Positions 10,724 to 20,648 of a DNA stretch of 64,000 nucleotides are shown one piece after another (position 1 is the first letter of the stretch; each line of letters begins with the position of its first letter). The position numbers and the translations under genes are program-made. Origin of the DNA: Clostridia bacterium (GTDB lineage Bacteria > Bacillota > Clostridia > Christensenellales > UBA1242); assembly GCA_017531805.1 (NCBI GenBank), contig JAFXKG010000002.1, forward strand, positions 8,817 through 72,816, given 5' to 3'. The notes under the pieces are model-generated. The model ran no database searches. It had not been told where the DNA came from and worked only from the letters and a program-made list of their open reading frames with translations.

Positions 10724-11605
10724 ATGAAAACAAAATATATTTTTAAATATGCACGGGACAAAATAGACAATATTGTATTTAAATGTCTATTCAAAAACCC
10801 TGATGTTATGAGCGATACTGATACGATAGAATATATCTTAAAAAACAAATGTAGCATTTCTCGTTTTGGTGATGGCGAATTAAGATTGATGAGGGGTATA
10901 GATTTAGAGTTTCAAGATTATGATAAAGGTTTGGCAAAAAAACTTAAAAATGTAAAATCTACCGACAAATGTTTAGTTTGCATACCAAGCATATTTAACA
11001 AAGAAATTTTTAACATTACAGATATTGTAGACAAAGAATATAATTATTGGGACAAGTTTAAAAAGAATAGAGGCGGTTTGTGGAATTTTTATTTTAAAAA
11101 TCAATCAGCATTAGGTGATGCGTTTATCAGTAGATTTTATTTAAGAAAACGAAACAAGCCATTAGTAAAGGATTATGTAGAAAAATTAAAGTTGTTGTGG
11201 GATAAGCGCAATATAGTTTTCGTGGAAGGAGAACAAAGTCGCTTAGGCGTTGGCAATGATTTGTTTGACAATGCACAATCAATCAAAAGGATATTATGTC
11301 CACCGGTAAATTGCTATTCAAAATATGAACAAATAAAAAACGCTATTTATAAATATGCAAAACAAGATGATTTGATAATAATGGCATTGGGTCCAACCGC
11401 AACTGCTCTTGCTTATGAGTTAAGCATTGATTTTCAATGCTTAGATTTAGGCCACATAGATATAGAATATGAGTGGTATCGTTTAGGTGTTGATGAAAAG
11501 GTCGCAATTCCTTCAAAATATGTAAACGAAGTGAAAGATGGTCAAAATCCAGAGCAGGTTTTAGATAAAAAGTATTTAAACGAGATTGTGCAAGTTATAC
11601 ATTAG
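10724..11605 (+). CDS. GT-D fold (DUF1792) glycosyltransferase
   Basis: SISRFGDGE, VEGE.SRLGVGNDLF, ALGPTA, DLGHIDIEYEW motifs. Confidence 0.85.
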   Translation: MKTKYIFKYARDKIDNIVFKCLFKNPDVMSDTDTIEYILKNKCSISRFGDGELRLMRGIDLEFQDYDKGLAKKLKNVKSTDKCLVCIPSIFNKEIFNITDIVDKEYNYWDKFKKNRGGLWNFYFKNQSALGDAFISRFYLRKRNKPLVKDYVEKLKLLWDKRNIVFVEGEQSRLGVGNDLFDNAQSIKRILCPPVNCYSKYEQIKNAIYKYAKQDDLIIMALGPTATALAYELSIDFQCLDLGHIDIEYEWYRLGVDEKVAIPSKYVNEVKDGQNPEQVLDKKYLNEIVQVIH

Positions 11606-11659
11606 TAAACATTTGACAATTTAGCATCTAAAAAATATAATTAAACTTAAGAGGTGAAT

Positions 11660-12763
11660 ATGAAAAAAGTAATGTTGATTTTTGGTACAAGGCCAGAAGC
11701 TATTAAAATGTGTCCACTTGTAAATGAACTTAAAACAAGGAAAAATCTTCAAACGATTGTTTGTGTAACAGGACAACATAGAGAAATGCTACAACAAGTG
11801 TTAAAGATTTTTGATGTGGTGCCAGATTATAATTTGGATATCATGAAGGATAAGCAAACTTTGTTTGATGTTACAACATCAATTTTATCAAAGATAAAAG
11901 AAGTGCTAGAAAAAGAAAAGCCAGATGTTGTTTTAGTACATGGCGACACATCAACTACATTTGTGTCTGCATTGGCTTGTTATTATTTGCAAATACCTGT
12001 TGGACATGTAGAGGCGGGTTTAAGGACAGGAAACATTTATTCTCCGTTCCCAGAAGAATTTAATAGACAAGCAGTATCAATTATAAGCAAGTTTAACTTT
12101 GCTCCTACACAAATGGCAAAAGAAAATTTGTTAAAGGAGTGTAGGGACGAAAAAACTATTTATATCACTGGCAACACTGCTATAGATGCATTAAAAACTA
12201 CAATCAAAAAAGACTATTACAATGAACATTTACAATGGGCAAAAGATAGCAGATTGATTATGTTGACAGCACACAGACGCGAAAATTTGGGTGAACCAAT
12301 GAGAAATATGTTTAAGGCTGTTAAAAAAATTGTAGAAGAATTTAAAGATGTTAAAGTGATATATCCAATTCATATGAATCCGGTTGTAAGGTCCATTGCA
12401 AACGAAGTTTTAGGCGATATGGATAGAATTAAAATTATAGAGCCATTAGAAGTGGTAGATTTCCATAACTTTTTGGCACAAAGTTATATGATTTTGACAG
12501 ATAGTGGTGGTATACAAGAAGAAGCTCCATCATTAGGAAAACCTGTTTTGGTAATGCGCGATACTACAGAGAGACCAGAAGGCATAAAAGCTGGTACTTT
12601 AAGACTTGTTGGTACAGATACAAAGGTAATTTATGACAATTTCAAACAATTACTAGTTGATAAAAATGAATACAATAAGATGAGCGAAGCTAAAAATCCT
12701 TATGGTGACGGAACAGCATGTATACAAATTGCTGATATTTTAGAAAAAAACTTAGGAGAATAA
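11660..12763 (+). CDS. wecB: UDP-N-acetylglucosamine 2-epimerase (non-hydrolysing)
   Basis: FGTRPEAIKM, HGDT, HVEAGLR, TAHRREN, DSGGIQEEAP, NPYGDG motifs. Confidence 0.95.
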   Translation: MKKVMLIFGTRPEAIKMCPLVNELKTRKNLQTIVCVTGQHREMLQQVLKIFDVVPDYNLDIMKDKQTLFDVTTSILSKIKEVLEKEKPDVVLVHGDTSTTFVSALACYYLQIPVGHVEAGLRTGNIYSPFPEEFNRQAVSIISKFNFAPTQMAKENLLKECRDEKTIYITGNTAIDALKTTIKKDYYNEHLQWAKDSRLIMLTAHRRENLGEPMRNMFKAVKKIVEEFKDVKVIYPIHMNPVVRSIANEVLGDMDRIKIIEPLEVVDFHNFLAQSYMILTDSGGIQEEAPSLGKPVLVMRDTTERPEGIKAGTLRLVGTDTKVIYDNFKQLLVDKNEYNKMSEAKNPYGDGTACIQIADILEKNLGE

Positions 12764-12764
12764 A

Positions 12765-14417
12765 ATGAAAAGGGTTTTGGTTGGAAGTCCAATTAGACAA
12801 AAAAATACTATTTTAAAAGAATTTTTATGTTCTTTGGAAGAAGTGGATAAAGAAGGTTTGGTTGTAGATTATTATTTTGTTGATGATAATGTAGATGAAA
12901 AATCAAGTGAATTGTTAAAAAATTTTGCACAAAAAAATACTACAATTTTAAAAACAGGTAACGAATTATATAATGTTGACAACAAACAAGAATATGTTTG
13001 CAATAATTATTCACACTCTTGGAAAAGGGGTTTGATAGAAAAAATTACAACTTTCAAAGATTCTATTATTGATTACGCAAAAGACAACGATTATGATTAT
13101 TTGTTCTTTATAGATTCAGATATTGTTTTACATAAGCAAACAATAAAGCATTTAATTACGCGTAATGTTGATATTGTTTCTAATGTGTTTTGGACGCAAT
13201 GGTTCCCAAATGGTCCATTAGAGCCACAAGTTTGGTTGCAAGATACCAACGCTTGTCACATACATGATTGGGATAGAGAAATGAACGCCTTAGAAAAACA
13301 ACAAAGCAAAATAGATTTCTTTACAAGTTTGCGTTTCCCTGGGATATATGAAGTTGGCGGTTTGGGTGCCTGTACATTATTGTCTAAACAAGCAATTAAA
13401 GGTGGCGTTAAATTTAAGTTGATAGACAATCTTTCTTTTTGGGGAGAGGATAGACATTTTTGTATTAGAGCGGGGGCTTTAGGCTTTAAATTATATGTTG
13501 ATACAATTTATCCTGCATATCATATCTATCGTGAAGAATACATAGATAGAGTTGACGAATTTAAACAAGACGGATTTAAATTTGATATGTGCCAATCATA
13601 TGGCGTTTCTTCAGGTAACCAATCAGGGATTAAAGGTAAAATTATTAAATTGTTAAAGATGATTAAACATCAATACAAACTTCGTAAAATTCAAAAGTTT
13701 AATTCTAAAAGAGTTGTTGGCAACAATAAAATTGTTTTGTCCATGGTTGTCAAAAACGAGTCAAATAGATATTTAGAAAAGGTATTAAACAGCATTAAAA
13801 ATTGTGTGGATGATGTTTTAATTATTGACGATGCTTCTACAGATAATACAGTACAAATATGTGAAAAGTGTTTAAAAGATGTTCCGCACACAATAATTAA
13901 AAACGCAAAATCCATGTTTAAGCACGAATATAAATTAAGGAAAAAACAATGGAAGGAAACATTAAAACTTAATCCTGGTTGGATTTTGTCACTTGATGCG
14001 GATGAAGTTTTAGAAAACAGTTTTAAAGAAAAATTGCAATATTTGATCAATATTAACAATATTGATGTTTATAATTTTAAATTGTTTGATATGTGGAACG
14101 ATGAAGAATATCGAGACGATCAATACTGGAAAGCGCATAATTCTTATATGACTTTCTTTATAAGATTTCAACCTAATTTTAAATATAAATTTAAAAAGAC
14201 AAATCAACATTGTGGTAGATTGCCTAAAAACTTAAGTTGTTTACAAAATGCAAATGTTGATGTAAGAATAAAACATTTTGGATGGGCAAGAGAACAAGAT
14301 CGTATAGCAAAATATAATAGATATATGGAGCTAGACAAAGATGGTAAATATGGGGTTATGGATCAATATAAATCTATTTTAGATCCTAATCCAAATTTAA
14401 AAAAATTTGAAGAATAA
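12765..14417 (+). CDS. tandem two-domain GT2-like glycosyltransferase
   Basis: Two GT-A domains: FIDSD...GEDRHFC and IIDDASTD...LDADE. Confidence 0.82.
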   Translation: MKRVLVGSPIRQKNTILKEFLCSLEEVDKEGLVVDYYFVDDNVDEKSSELLKNFAQKNTTILKTGNELYNVDNKQEYVCNNYSHSWKRGLIEKITTFKDSIIDYAKDNDYDYLFFIDSDIVLHKQTIKHLITRNVDIVSNVFWTQWFPNGPLEPQVWLQDTNACHIHDWDREMNALEKQQSKIDFFTSLRFPGIYEVGGLGACTLLSKQAIKGGVKFKLIDNLSFWGEDRHFCIRAGALGFKLYVDTIYPAYHIYREEYIDRVDEFKQDGFKFDMCQSYGVSSGNQSGIKGKIIKLLKMIKHQYKLRKIQKFNSKRVVGNNKIVLSMVVKNESNRYLEKVLNSIKNCVDDVLIIDDASTDNTVQICEKCLKDVPHTIIKNAKSMFKHEYKLRKKQWKETLKLNPGWILSLDADEVLENSFKEKLQYLININNIDVYNFKLFDMWNDEEYRDDQYWKAHNSYMTFFIRFQPNFKYKFKKTNQHCGRLPKNLSCLQNANVDVRIKHFGWAREQDRIAKYNRYMELDKDGKYGVMDQYKSILDPNPNLKKFEE

Positions 14418-15964
14418 TGGAACAAGAAAGCAGAAAAAAAATATTAATTAGAAACACGCAATTTGGCGCAGTTAAGACTATAATACAATATTTGTTGCAA
14501 TTTGTGTTACGAACAATCTTCATTTATGTTTTAGGTAAAGAATATTTAGGACTAAATGGGTTGTTTGCTAACATATTAGGTTGTCTCAGTATTGTTGAGT
14601 TAGGTGTTGGTACGGCAATAGTTTTTTCTATGTACAAACCTATTGTTGATCAGGATATAGAAAAAATTAAGTCGCTAAATGCACTATACAAAAAAAGTTT
14701 TAGGATAATCGCTTTAATAATTTTATGTTTAGGTGTTGCAATTATGCCACTTTTAAAGGTACTTATCAAAAGTGATATTCCAACAGATATTAATATTTAT
14801 ATTATTTATGCAATCACTTTATTTAACACTGTACTTGGCTATTTGTGGGCGCACAACAGAGCATTGTTGTTTGCTTATCAAAGAAGTGATATAGAAAGTA
14901 AAATAGGAATTTTGCAAATACTATTGATAAGTGTTTCACAAATAGTGTTATTGCTAACTACAAAAAATTATTACGCTTATATAATATGTGCACCAATATT
15001 TACTATTGTAGAAAACTTATTGTTGTCAAGAAGTGTTAAAAAGGTTTGTCCAAATCTTAAAGGGAAGGTACAAAAACTTGACAAAGACACCACAAAAGAA
15101 ATTAAAAGAAATATTGTCGCTTCAAGTATGACACAAATTGGTGGAGTGTTTGTAACTTCTACAGATAATATTTTAATATCTTCAATTTTGGGACTTGCAA
15201 TTTTGGGTGTTTACACCAACTATGCAACAATAATTTTAAGTATCACTGCTTGTATCGCGTTGGTTACCAATAATGCCAGAAGCACTATAGGCAATTTAAT
15301 AGCATCTAAATCAAGTGATTATGTATATGAAAAGTATAAAATATTTAACTTTATCATGTATTGGTTAACAGGTTTTTGTGCAATTTGTTTGTTGTGTTTA
15401 AGCAACCCTTTTATTTTGTTGTGGACAAAAGGTGCAACTGATTATTTATTAACATTTTCTGTTGTTGTTGTTTTGATAATTAATTTTTATATATCAAACA
15501 CATTAAGTTTGACAGCAACCTTTAATGTCTCTGCAGGATTAATGTGGCACAACAAGTGGAAAACCATTGTGCAGGGATTAGTAAATCTTGTATTTTCAAT
15601 TTTGTTTGCGCGATGGTGGGGTATTATAGGTATCTTTTTAGGGACACTGGCAAGTTATGTTGCAACACCTTTATGGTTAGATTCTCATGTATTATACAAG
15701 CATTATTTTAAAAAGAATATAACATCTTATTGGATAAAGTATATATTATTTACGCTTATAACTTTGTTGTCGGCAGTGATATGTTTGTCAGTTTGTGGAT
15801 TGATTCCGTTTGGTGGTCTAACTGGTTTAGTGCTCAAGGGTTTAATCTGTCTTGCAGTGCCGAATATTATTTATTTGTTATGTTTCTTTAAAACAGAAGA
15901 ATTTAAAGAGTGCTTAAACTTAATAAAGAATTTTATTAATAAGAAACGAAAACAGGATATGTAA
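14417..15964 (+). CDS. Wzx-type polysaccharide flippase
   Basis: About 14 hydrophobic segments; R..F...LG.EYLG, ELGVG, TDNILIS motifs. Confidence 0.85.
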   Translation: MEQESRKKILIRNTQFGAVKTIIQYLLQFVLRTIFIYVLGKEYLGLNGLFANILGCLSIVELGVGTAIVFSMYKPIVDQDIEKIKSLNALYKKSFRIIALIILCLGVAIMPLLKVLIKSDIPTDINIYIIYAITLFNTVLGYLWAHNRALLFAYQRSDIESKIGILQILLISVSQIVLLLTTKNYYAYIICAPIFTIVENLLLSRSVKKVCPNLKGKVQKLDKDTTKEIKRNIVASSMTQIGGVFVTSTDNILISSILGLAILGVYTNYATIILSITACIALVTNNARSTIGNLIASKSSDYVYEKYKIFNFIMYWLTGFCAICLLCLSNPFILLWTKGATDYLLTFSVVVVLIINFYISNTLSLTATFNVSAGLMWHNKWKTIVQGLVNLVFSILFARWWGIIGIFLGTLASYVATPLWLDSHVLYKHYFKKNITSYWIKYILFTLITLLSAVICLSVCGLIPFGGLTGLVLKGLICLAVPNIIYLLCFFKTEEFKECLNLIKNFINKKRKQDM

Positions 15965-15995
15965 TGTATCCTTTTTCTATATATTGGAGTAAAAT

Positions 15996-17012
15996 ATGAA
16001 ATTTTTAATAACTGGCGGAGCGGGTTTTATTGGTGGAAATTTTTGCCACTATATGATTGAAAAATATCCATATGATAGTTTTGTGTGTTTAGATGCCTTA
16101 ACTTATGCAGGCAATATGGAAACACTGCAAGATATTTTGGATAAACCAAATTTTAAATTTGTTAAAGGTAATATTTGCGACAAACAACTGGTTGAAGAGT
16201 TGTTTGAAAAAGAAAATTTTGATATTGTTATCAACTTTGCTGCAGAATCACATGTAGATAGATCAATAGAAAATCCAAAAATATTTCTTGAATCTAACAT
16301 AATTGGTGTACAAACTTTAATGGATGATTGTAAAAAATTTGGCATAAAAAGATATCATCAAGTTTCAACTGACGAAGTTTATGGTGATTTGCCTTTGGAT
16401 AGACCAGATTTATTCTTTACAGAAGAGACACCAATTCACACATCAAGTCCATATAGCGCTTCAAAAGCATCAGCAGATTTACTTGTTATGGCTTATCATA
16501 GAACATTTAAATTGCCAGTTACAATTTCAAGATGTTCAAACAATTATGGACCATATCAATTCCCAGAAAAGTTAATTCCATTGATAATCAAAAAAGCGCA
16601 AAATGATGAAAAATTGCCAGTATATGGCAAAGGTGAAAATGTAAGAGATTGGTTGCATGTATTAGATCACTGCTCAGCCATTGATTTGATTGTAAGAAAA
16701 GGCAAAGATGGTGAGATCTACAATGTTGGTGGTCATAACGAAAGGACAAACATTGATGTAGTAAAAACCATTTTAAAAGTTTTAAACAAACCAGAAAGTT
16801 TGATTACTTTTGTTACTGATAGACCTGGACACGATATGCGATATGCTATCGACCCAGCAAAAATAGAAAAAGAGTTAGGTTGGAAACCTATTTATACATT
16901 TGATACAGGTATTGTAGAAACAATCAAATGGAATGTTGATAATAAACAATGGTTAAAGCATGTTGAATCTGGTGAGTATCTAAATTGGATGCAACGATAC
17001 AACACAAAATAA
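15996..17012 (+). CDS. rfbB: dTDP-glucose 4,6-dehydratase
   Basis: TGGAGFIG, AAESHVDRS, STDEVYG, YSASK, NNYGPYQFPEK, DRPGHD.RY motifs. Confidence 0.95.
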   Translation: MKFLITGGAGFIGGNFCHYMIEKYPYDSFVCLDALTYAGNMETLQDILDKPNFKFVKGNICDKQLVEELFEKENFDIVINFAAESHVDRSIENPKIFLESNIIGVQTLMDDCKKFGIKRYHQVSTDEVYGDLPLDRPDLFFTEETPIHTSSPYSASKASADLLVMAYHRTFKLPVTISRCSNNYGPYQFPEKLIPLIIKKAQNDEKLPVYGKGENVRDWLHVLDHCSAIDLIVRKGKDGEIYNVGGHNERTNIDVVKTILKVLNKPESLITFVTDRPGHDMRYAIDPAKIEKELGWKPIYTFDTGIVETIKWNVDNKQWLKHVESGEYLNWMQRYNTK

Positions 17013-17215
17013 AACATTAAAAAAAAGAAAAGTTTTAGTTGCAAACTTTTGAAATTAGTTAATAATTAGGAGTTGAGATAGGTAAATATCTTAACTCTTT
17101 TTCATGACTAGTTTAATTGGGTTTATAGGTGTGTGATTGTCTATAGGAGCAAAGAAATGATACTGGTATATCACAAAACAAATCTGACTGCCAAATATAT
17201 AGAAGAATCATTTAT

Positions 17216-17641
17216 TTATATACTATTTTCTACATCTTCAGATAAAAAATTTCTTAATCTTATTTCTGTTTCTTTTTCGTAATCTTCTCGATAATATTTT
17301 TCATAAAATTCTTTTTGATTGTTCCATATGTATTTTATAACATTATTGTCAAGATAATCTATACCTAAATTATTCATAATAGACAATATAAATTTAGTTT
17401 CTTCACTACTACCACAATAGCCACCAGGAATAAAACTAGGTATCATTTTACCTATTAAAGGTAGTTTATTTATTTTTTCTATCTTATCTTCTATCTTTTT
17501 TCTTTTATTTAATTCATTAAGAACTGCTGTTTTAGTTAAATGTATATTTTCTATATCATCAAATTCCCTATATACACTTAATAATTTAGCATGAAATATA
17601 TCTTTTGATAAAGTTTCGATTTTTTCGTGTGTAGCGTCCAT
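17216..17641 (-). CDS. hypothetical protein
   Basis: ORF with GGAGGT RBS before ATG 17641; very AT-rich. Confidence 0.6.
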   Translation of the reverse strand: MDATHEKIETLSKDIFHAKLLSVYREFDDIENIHLTKTAVLNELNKRKKIEDKIEKINKLPLIGKMIPSFIPGGYCGSSEETKFILSIMNNLGIDYLDNNVIKYIWNNQKEFYEKYYREDYEKETEIRLRNFLSEDVENSI

Positions 17642-17855
17642 ATAAACCTCCTGCACATTATATTAAATTATAACATGCTTTATAATTTAGTTCAATAATA
17701 AATTAAAATTTAATGAAAAAACAATACAGATTTTATTTGTCTTTTCGGTAGTTTCAAAAGGTACAACCTTTGCGTTTTTTTTGATTGAAAATAATTTTAA
17801 TGCTAAATTTATATCAATTTTTAAGATTTATGTTATAATTATATAGGAGAAAATT

Positions 17856-18563
17856 ATGAATTTGATGAAATATTCTACTAAAATAACTTTATATAATAGT
17901 TATTTTGATTTTAACGATAGGTTGTCAGCAAAATCTATATTAACAATTTTTCAAGATGTGGCTTCAATTCACGCTGAAGAGATTGGCGTTGGTTATATGG
18001 ATATGTATAATAAAAATTTTTATTGGGTTTTAAGTCGTATTAAATTTGATATTTTAAAAATGCCCAAAATTAATCAAACTGTGATTGTGGAAACATGGCC
18101 ACACCCAAAAGGCAGAGTAGACTTTGATCGTGATATGAGAATTTTAAGTGAAGATGGTCAAGTTTTAATTATTGCAACTTCAAAATGGTGTGTTATTGAT
18201 ACTGCCAATAGAAGACTGCAACGAGCAGATAATATTAATTATGTTGGAGATGTATATCCAGAAATTCTATACAATGAATTTTTTGGTAAAATTAGCGTGC
18301 AAAGCCAAGACCTGCAATCCAAATTTAAATATGTTGTAATGTTCAGTGATTTAGATCATAATAAACATATGAACAATACCAATTATGCAAATTTGGTATT
18401 AAGTGTTGTTGAAAATAAATTTGCAACCCATTTTGAAATTAACTTTATAAATGAGTGCTTATTAAACGATGAAATAAAAATAAAACATACAAAAATTGAC
18501 GATGGAGAATATGTTGTTGGAGAAATAAATTCGTCACATGCATTTGTAGCATATTTAAAATAA
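17856..18563 (+). CDS. acyl-ACP thioesterase
   Basis: Double hot-dog pattern; FQD.A..H, WVLSR, SDLD.N.HMNN..Y motifs. Confidence 0.88.
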   Translation: MNLMKYSTKITLYNSYFDFNDRLSAKSILTIFQDVASIHAEEIGVGYMDMYNKNFYWVLSRIKFDILKMPKINQTVIVETWPHPKGRVDFDRDMRILSEDGQVLIIATSKWCVIDTANRRLQRADNINYVGDVYPEILYNEFFGKISVQSQDLQSKFKYVVMFSDLDHNKHMNNTNYANLVLSVVENKFATHFEINFINECLLNDEIKIKHTKIDDGEYVVGEINSSHAFVAYLK

Positions 18564-18614
18564 AAAACAAATTGAATTTTCAATTTTGTTTATCATCTTA
18601 AGTTTAAATAAAAC

Positions 18615-18635
18615 AACCTTATTACATAAGGTTTT
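18615..18635 (-). terminator. probable terminator of the original tRNA-Thr locus
   Basis: AACCTTAT/ATAAGGTT hairpin directly downstream (minus strand) of the CCA end at 18637. Confidence 0.45.
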
Positions 18636-18636
18636 A

Positions 18637-18684
18637 TGGAGCTGATGACGGGGATCGAACCCACGAAAACCTCCACCTTACCAA
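18637..18684 (-). repeat. att site: 3' half of tRNA-Thr(GGT), copy 1
   Basis: Minus strand reads TTGGTAAGGTGGAGGTTTTCGTGGGTTCGATCCCCGTCATCAGCTCCA; identical to 31400-31447. Confidence 0.92.
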
Positions 18685-18762
18685 GAACGAGCGCTCAAAT
18701 CAAAAAATTGCGCCCTATATAAAATAACAACCTATTCCATAGAATATTATAACACATAAAAT

Positions 18763-18860
18763 AAAAACTACTGTCAACAGTCAAGCACAACTTGACACCA
18801 TTTGACAGTAGTTTCTTTGTTTTTAACAAAATTGACCGATTTTGAACGCCCTAAAACGAC
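18763..18860. repeat. element-end repeat, copy 1 (13-bp inverted repeat plus arm-type TTGACACCA/TTGACAGTA sites)
   Basis: AAACTACTGTCAA (18765-18777) / TTGACAGTAGTTT (18802-18814); tail similar to 23834-23887. Confidence 0.8.
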
Positions 18861-18892
18861 AGTGAACCTTATAGAACTTTTTTAAATAACTA

Positions 18893-18921
18893 TTGACAAA
18901 TAATTGAAAATGTAATAATAT
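18893..18921 (+). promoter_or_regulatory. sigma-A type promoter of the RiPP operon
   Basis: TTGACA (18893) - 17 bp - TAATAT (18916), followed by a GGAGGT RBS. Confidence 0.7.
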
Positions 18922-18938
18922 TATGATGGAGGTGTAAC

Positions 18939-18995
18939 ATGAGAAAACTTTTCAGAAAATTTAATAAGAAGTTTGACTTATTGTGCACAGCTTAA
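18939..18995 (+). CDS. putative RiPP precursor peptide, 18 aa, MRKLFRKFNKKFDLLCTA
   Basis: GGAGGT RBS, ATG, TAA; first gene after the promoter; followed by a stem-loop and YcaO genes; C-terminal Cys-Thr. Too short for the ORF track. Confidence 0.8.
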   Translation: MRKLFRKFNKKFDLLCTA

Positions 18996-19000
18996 AACTC

Positions 19001-19045
19001 TAATGTGGTTTAGGGCACTATCTATGTGTAGTGCCCTACACATTA
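19001..19045 (+). promoter_or_regulatory. stem-loop between precursor and biosynthetic genes (attenuator/mRNA stabiliser)
   Basis: TAGGGCACTA/TAGTGCCCTA perfect 10-bp stem extended by TAATGTG/CACATTA. Confidence 0.7.
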
Positions 19046-19057
19046 AATTTTATAATT

Positions 19058-20638
19058 ATGAAAAATTTTAAAAAAGAAATTATTCCGCAAGAAATGAAAA
19101 GAAATATTGATGAGATTTTAGAAAAAGAACTTTTCAACGCTAATAGATATTATGCAGAAAATGATGTCAACATTTCAAAATTGATGGAAAGTGAAATGAA
19201 AAAATCTCCTATTGATTTTTTGCGCGAATTGAGATATAGATGGAATTGGCATAATCATTTTTATGAAGAATTGCTAGAACCAGCGTTTTCTGAAATTGTT
19301 CAAAATAACTTTAGTGATTGTTCAGTTTCGCAATTAAAAAATATAATAGATATTTATAAAACTTGTTGTATAGTAGATGAAGTAACATTAGTTTCTTCAG
19401 GAGCTATAAAAAAGCATTTAAATTATAATCTAGGTAAAATAAACACAGATGTGGAAGGTTTTTCACGAGAAGATGGTAAATTTATGCTTTTAACGCCTCC
19501 TGTGGAAACTTTTTTTGCGCAATATCGCATTGATCACTTAAATTATATTTTAGCTATTAAAAATAAAGATGATAATATTGATAGTTTAAGAAGTGGTTTA
19601 TTGGAAAAATATCATGCAAATGATGAAGAAATTTTTAAGGGTAGATTTGATAAGAAGTTTAAAAAGTATATAGATGTGAGCAAAGATGAAATTGTAGATA
19701 AAATTAATACTTATAAGATAAAGGCGGAATATAAAGTCAAACATAGTTATTTTACGATAGAAAATCCGACAAGAAAAGCATTTACAGATATTATAATTTA
19801 CGATAATGTTGATGAAAAATTTATATCATCGCAACTAATAGGAATTTCAGGATTTTTATTTAGGAAATTTGTGCTTAAAGAGTTAGATAGAATAGGTTTA
19901 TTTCCAAATAAGTATGATATTTATGAGTTTCCAAAGGAAAAAATATTAAGTGTTTTAAACGAATTATTAAAACAAAAGGAGATTAAAATGGAAAAAGAGA
20001 TTACACCTTATAAACAATCTGGTATGACATGTGCAATTGCATGTATGTTGATGGTTTTGCAATATTATGGAAAAATTCAAAAAGCAAATAGGCTTTATGA
20101 AAATGAATATTTCAGAAGATATCGCTCTAGATATTTGGATGGAACACCTTTTTCAGCACTTGCTTATCATCTTGCTAAAAATGATTTAAATACAGAATTG
20201 ATTCATTCTTCTCCAAATATTTTTGATAACTCATCAAATTTACTTTCTGAGACTATGTTTAAATTGTCTATGGAAGAATATTCAAAGTATTTAGATGCCG
20301 CCAAAAACAATGGAGCTAAAATTAAAAACGGATGCCAAATTGACACCGAAATGCTTAGAAGGTGTCTAGAAGAAGACAAGATGGTAATTATTGCAGGTCA
20401 AATTGGAGAAATTCTTCATGCCATTTTAGTGTGTGGCTATGACAAAGAAAATTTTATTGTTTGTGATCCTTTATATAAAGCAAAAACAATTATGACCCCA
20501 CAAGAAATTGATAGATTCATGTCAACTGCATTAGGGAAATGGTGTATTACTGTTAGTCAAAAAATCAAAAAACAAGAACAACTATTAGATGAAATTCCTG
20601 AATATCAAGAAGAAGCAAAAAATAAGCTTGATTTTTAA
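19058..20638 (+). CDS. unknown N-terminal domain fused to C39-like (papain-fold) cysteine peptidase
   Basis: C-terminal part: PYKQSGMTCAIAC (Q...C), HAILVCGYD (H), IVCDP (D); N-terminal about 310 aa unrecognised; start uncertain (GTG 19031 or ATG 19058). Confidence 0.75.
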   Translation: MKNFKKEIIPQEMKRNIDEILEKELFNANRYYAENDVNISKLMESEMKKSPIDFLRELRYRWNWHNHFYEELLEPAFSEIVQNNFSDCSVSQLKNIIDIYKTCCIVDEVTLVSSGAIKKHLNYNLGKINTDVEGFSREDGKFMLLTPPVETFFAQYRIDHLNYILAIKNKDDNIDSLRSGLLEKYHANDEEIFKGRFDKKFKKYIDVSKDEIVDKINTYKIKAEYKVKHSYFTIENPTRKAFTDIIIYDNVDEKFISSQLIGISGFLFRKFVLKELDRIGLFPNKYDIYEFPKEKILSVLNELLKQKEIKMEKEITPYKQSGMTCAIACMLMVLQYYGKIQKANRLYENEYFRRYRSRYLDGTPFSALAYHLAKNDLNTELIHSSPNIFDNSSNLLSETMFKLSMEEYSKYLDAAKNNGAKIKNGCQIDTEMLRRCLEEDKMVIIAGQIGEILHAILVCGYDKENFIVCDPLYKAKTIMTPQEIDRFMSTALGKWCITVSQKIKKQEQLLDEIPEYQEEAKNKLDF

Positions 20639-20648
20639 TGGAGGTTGA

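Noticed and set aside
17100-17205. Frame reading MTSLIGFIGV*LSIGAKK*YWYITKQI* with three in-frame TGA codons, hinting at UGA=Trp or a pseudogene
   Set aside because: Too short to support; long genes in the window translate intact with the standard code.
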